A stretch of DNA of 64,000 bases from assembly GCA_964057225.1 (NCBI GenBank), contig OZ059900.1, positions 13,702,001 through 13,766,000 on the forward strand. Reading direction: 5' to 3'. The notes beneath the pieces are model-generated. The model had not been told where the DNA came from, did no database searches, and saw nothing but the letters and a program-made list of their open reading frames with translations. Below are positions 59,099 through 64,000 of this stretch, piece after piece; within the stretch, counting starts at the first letter, position 1; each line of letters opens with the position of its first letter. The position numbers were made by a program, and so were the translations under genes. Source of the stretch: Auanema rhodensis (Eukaryota; Animalia; Nematoda).

Positions 59099-62000
59099 AT
59101 GCCGGCTGTAAAGGGAGATGGTATGCGCGGTTTGGCCGTGTTTATCTCGGATATTCGTAACTGTAAAAGCAAGGAAGCCGAATTGAAACGAATCAACAAG
59201 GAGCTTGCAAATATAAGATCGAAATTCAAAGGTAAGAGTTTTAGAATAGTATAAGGTATTCCAAGTAGTGAATAATTAAACATATTATTTTAGGTGATAA
59301 GACTCTTGACGGATATCAAAAGAAGAAATACGTATGTAAGCTTCTGTTCATATTTCTACTAGGCAATGATATTGACTTCGGACACATGGAAGCTGTGAAT
59401 CTGCTGTCATCAAATAAATATACAGAAAAACAAATTGTATGAACAACTACAAAATAATATCTGATATTCATTTTTAGGGATATTTGTTTATTTCTGTGCT
59501 TATAGAACAAAATTCAGGGTTGATGAAACTGATTATTCAAGCCATCCGGTTTGTTCTACTTTATACTTTTAACCCTTAATCTCAATTTTTAAAGGAATGA
59601 TCTGACTTCTCGCAATCCAGTTCATGTCAATCTCGCTTTACAGTGCATTTCCAACATCGGAAATCGTGAGATGACCGAGGCTTTTCATAAGGATTTGCCT
59701 AAACTTCTTATCTCAGGGTTTGGCATTAATAACTTTCAATGAACTATTAATATTTTATAGAGATACTATTGATTTTGTCAAACAATCAGCTGCTCTGTGT
59801 TTGCTAAAACTTTTCCGCAATTCTCCTGAATTGGTGCAACCTCATGAGTATGCAAGTCGCATTGTTCATTTATTGAACGATTCTCATATGGTATTATCAT
59901 ATTTTTTGATCAGATCAAATTAATTAATTGCAGGGCGTTGTTACATCAGCTGCGTCTCTAATTGAGATATTATCGAAAAAGTGGCCTGATGAGTACAAGG
60001 TATTGTGATAATGATTGAAAGTTTTTTCATTTTAATATCTAGGGTTGTGTACCACTTGCTATTTCTCGTTTAAGTCGAATTGTAACCTCGACTTATACTG
60101 ATCTCCAGGATTATACATACTACTTTGTTCCCGCTCCATGGTTGTGTGTTAAATTGCTTCGTTTACTTCAAAACTATCCCCCACCGGGTAAGTACTTCTA
60201 TCTTACTTCAGGCTTTACTCAAATGTTGCAGAAGATCCATCCAATAAAGCTCGATTATTGGAATGCTTAGAAGGCATTCTCAACAAAGCTCAAGATGCTC
60301 CAAAATCCAAAAAAGTTCAACATTCGAATGCTAAGAATAGTGTTTTGTTTGAAGCAATAGCATTGGTTATACATATGGACTCTGAACCTAATTTGCTGGT
60401 CCGTGCATGTAATCAGTTGGGAACTTTCCTTTCACATAGAGAAACAAATTTAAGGTTTATATTACGAGTTCAATATATCATTGGTTCATTTTTTTTTTCA
60501 GATACTTGGCTCTGGAATCCATGTGTCTCCTAGCTACATCAGAATTTTCGCATGAAGCCGTGAAGAAACATCAAGAAACTATCATCAGTAGTTTGAAAAC
60601 TGAGAAGTAGATAGAAAGTTTCTGAATAGACTAAACGTAGTCAATGTTTCAGAGATGTCTCTGTTCGTCAAAGAGCCGTTGACTTATTGTATGCTATGTG
60701 CGACCGATCCAATGCTAATGAAATTGTAGCCGAAATGCTTGCCTATTTAGAATCTGCAGACTACTCAATTAGAGAGGAGATGGTACTGAAGGTTGCTATC
60801 TTGGCGGAAAAATACGCTTCCGACTATGGATGGTATGTGGATGTGATTTTGAAACTTATACGCATTGCTGGTGATTATGTATCTGAAGAAGTCTGGTATC
60901 GTGTAATCCAGGTAAGGATATATGATACGACAAATGTTAAAATGTTTCACATCTAAAGATTGTTGTCAATCGAGAAGATGTTCAAGGATACGCAGCTAAA
61001 ACATGTTTCGAAGCATTGCAACGCCAAGCATGCCATGAGAACATGATTAAAGTTGGTGGATACATCTTAGGGGAATTCGGTAATCTTATTGCTGGTGACC
61101 AAAGATCTTCGTAAGTTGCTGAACACCTAACAAAGGATATACTCTTTTTCCAGTCCTCAAATTCAATTTGAGCTTCTTCATTCTAAATTCCACCTGTGCA
61201 GCGTTTCCACACGATGCCTTCTTCTGACCACATATATCAAGCTTTGTAATCTATTCCCAGAAATAAAGCATATAATTCAGAAGGTTAAATGATTCTAAGG
61301 GTTTTGCAAAACTTTCATATTTTAGGTATTCCAAACCGATCACAACCTTCGAAATCCAGATGCAGAGCTTCAACAACGTGCTGTTGAATATCTGAATATG
61401 AGTCAGATTGCTAGCTCTGATGTTTTGGCAACGGTGAGCAATAGTAAAAGTTTTTGTTTAGTTAGTTAGTTTTTATAGATTCTTGAAGAAATGCCTCCTT
61501 TCGCCGAAAAGGAAAGTAGTCTTCTTGCTAAATTGAAAAAGAGCAAACCTCAAGTAGAGGAGTTTGATTCAGTTGAAAAAGAGAAGAAAACTCGACCAAG
61601 CATAACAGCAATCATGTCTGAGACTGTCGATGATTCTATATCAGCTGCGAATGTTGTAGCTGACGCTGATACATCTACAGCCCCGAAAATTGGTTCCAGG
61701 TGTGAAAACGAGAGTTTCCTTTAAATATTTTGTTGTTTTAGTAACCTTGTTGACATATTTGGGCAGCAAACTGCTGGCACTACAAGCCCATCTGCTGCTA
61801 CGGGACCTGACACTGAGTCTCAGGTTAAGATGGAAAATGCTTCAGACTATATCAAGTAAGATTCCCATACGTATTTAGAAAAATTCATTATTAAGGTTTG
61901 TCACTAAAAATAATGGAGTCTTATATGAAGATGATATTATTCAAATTGGATGTAAAATGGAATCACGTACAAACCTTGCTCGATTAGGCATGTTCTATGG

Positions 62001-62834
62001 AAACAAAACTAATGCAGTTTTCGAGGACTTCCTTCCACAAATTGTTTGCTCAGGACCATTATCTGTTCAACTTCAAGCGCAGGTTTTGTTCTAAGATTAA
62101 ATTGTTTCAAATTTGTTGTTGTAGGCAAAACCAATTGACAATACTATTGCTGCTGGATCTCAAGTTCAGCAACTTATAAACTTTATTTGTGTGAACGAGT
62201 TCAGTCAATCCCCATCAGTTACAGTTACGTTCACTTACACGTACGTTTTTTTCCGGAAACTTTTCTGTCTCACTCAACCATTTCAGGGACTCTAATCGAC
62301 AAGTTAATCATTTCAATAAGAGTTTATATCTTCCAATATTCGTCAACAAATTCTTCGAGCCTACTGAAATGACCTCTGAGCAGTTCTTTGCTAGGTTTTC
62401 CTCATTCACTACATAATTGAAATACATAATAACAATTTCAGATGGAAGACATTATCCCAGCCATCACAAGAAGCTCAAAAGATATTTGCATCCAAGCTTC
62501 CTATTGATACTGCCGCCGTACAGCAGAAGGTAGTTACTCATGTACATCTACTTCAATAAAAATATTTTGTTACAGCTTGCTGGACTTGGAGCAAAAGTAC
62601 TTGTAGATGTTGATCCTAATCCATCCAATTTCGTTTGCGCTGGTATTGTACATACCAAAGCCCTACAGATTGGCACATTGATTCGACTTGAACCCAATCG
62701 ACAAGCACAGGTAATCTGCTTTTCTATTGGAAAAAAAAGATGCTTTAACTTTTCAGATGTTCCGATTAACTATTAGAAGCAGTAAAGACACTGTTGCAAA
62801 ACTTCTGATTGATCTCCTTTCCGAGTTGTTCTAA
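59099..62834 (+). CDS. apa-2: AP-2 complex alpha subunit (alpha-adaptin), 21 exons
   Basis: [68 protein letters not shown]...[15 protein letters not shown]...ELQQRAVEY...LEEMPPF...NNGVLYED...[21 protein letters not shown]. ttgtag directly abuts the ATG. Confidence 0.97.
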
Positions 62835-63704
62835 TCAAAACAATATCAGGCACTTCTTTTAACATTTTTTCTACTCTGAACTTGATTCAAAGCATGATGC
62901 ATAATTGTGATTATATCTGGCATTCCTTACTTATTTCGGTGTTGATGCTCATTGAAATTACCCTCCAAAACAAGTAAATTCCTTTTTCATCACATTACTC
63001 CTCGTTATACTTATTGCTTAATTAAATAGTATACGCTCAGAGTATGGCACGACCAAAGTTCATATTTGAAATCATGAATTGTAATTAGCGGCTTGTTCTG
63101 ATGTTGAGAAAATATTTTGTTTTCTTTATACTTTTGGCAGCATTCTTCTAGTTCAGTTCTTATCTGGCAAAGTTCAATAATATGCAATTCTTCCAGTTGT
63201 ATGCTATATATTATATGCTTTCCCTATATGTATTTTATTTATTTCTCATTTTTTGGTAGTTTCATGAGGTTTTGTTGTTTTTTTTTCTAGCATTTAGATG
63301 TTTATTTCGCATGCATAGTAGAAAATGTCATATTTATATAGTATTAGCTCAGGTAGTTGATATATGCTAATAATAAAGCTTCTCGGATGTAATACTCATT
63401 TGATATTGCTTGGACTATGTTATTTCATACAATGAACGTAATATCTTTCTTGCTCAGATGATATGTAGCGAATTATCGATCATGGTAATTCACGACATGC
63501 ATATATCCATATACACTGGCTCTACAGCAATAGATCAATACACGCAACGCGAACGTGCGCGAGCAGTTGTAACCACTTATAGTAATCGATCCTAAATGGT
63601 GTAAATAAGAAATATTTAGAGCTCTAGGTCATTGTTGAGCATTATAAACTGAATTATAGTTTTCAGAAACAAATTTATTTATTTGACATTTTAAAAAATT
63701 GTCA

Positions 63705-64000
63705 ATGTCTAAGGAATCACTCGAAAGTAAACAAAAGCTACCAGTCAGGTTACAAGTATAGTTTTCTCCTTTTTATATACTTGGACTTATTTTTTTAAGG
63801 AAGCTATCTGTGATGCATCATCTTTAGTAGTTTTATCTTCAGTTGAATCACCGGCAACTGAAGTAATTTAACATTTAATTTTAATCAACAATGAGCATCC
63901 TTTTCAGCATTTCGGCGCTTGTTTCAAAAAACAAATTGAAAATGAGAAACTTCTAAATAATGTGGGAAAGGTGAATTTGCGTTCTTCTTTGCTCTCATCC
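63705..64000 (+). CDS. 5' part of an unidentified gene running off the window (exons 63705-63755, 63800-63862, 63908-63970)
   Basis: MSKESLESKQKLPVRLQ|EAICDASSLVVLSSVESPATE|HFGACFKKQIENEKLLNNVGK| joined by 44- and 45-nt phase-0 introns; upstream ttttcag at ~63660. Confidence 0.55.

Overview
Very AT-rich nematode (rhabditid-type) genomic DNA, with no sign of prokaryotic content. By hand-splicing I reconstructed 14 complete multi-exon genes and one gene truncated at the right edge, about 128 introns in all, mostly 40-55 nt. In order: pcyt-2 (-), acr-6-like nAChR alpha subunit (-), an unassigned small secreted prepropeptide (+), PRPS-associated protein (+), an acidic unknown protein (+), nuc-1 DNase II (+), snet-1/elevenin (-), KIAA0930/DUF2045 (+), a zig-12-like two-Ig protein (+), a TWK/K2P channel (+), dop-1 (-), a ~17 kb divergent intergenic region holding distal alternative 5' exons of pkc-2, pkc-2 (+), flp-20 (+), apa-2 (+) and a partial unknown gene (+). 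The most unusual signal is relaxed splice-site usage. Two introns seem to lack a 3' AG (GT...TTTTCAT in acr-6, GT...TTTTCG in the TWK gene), three have GC donors (two with weak consensus), and about 13 use AAG acceptors. Other points of interest are a candidate new neuropeptide precursor, an Asp in place of the phospho-Ser in the PKC-2 hydrophobic motif, a Cys-rich exon in flp-20, and substitutions in conserved motifs of PCYT2 and DOP-1. Gene names come from recalled similarity to C. elegans proteins, not from a database search. Exon boundaries and counts are manual and need RNA-seq confirmation.
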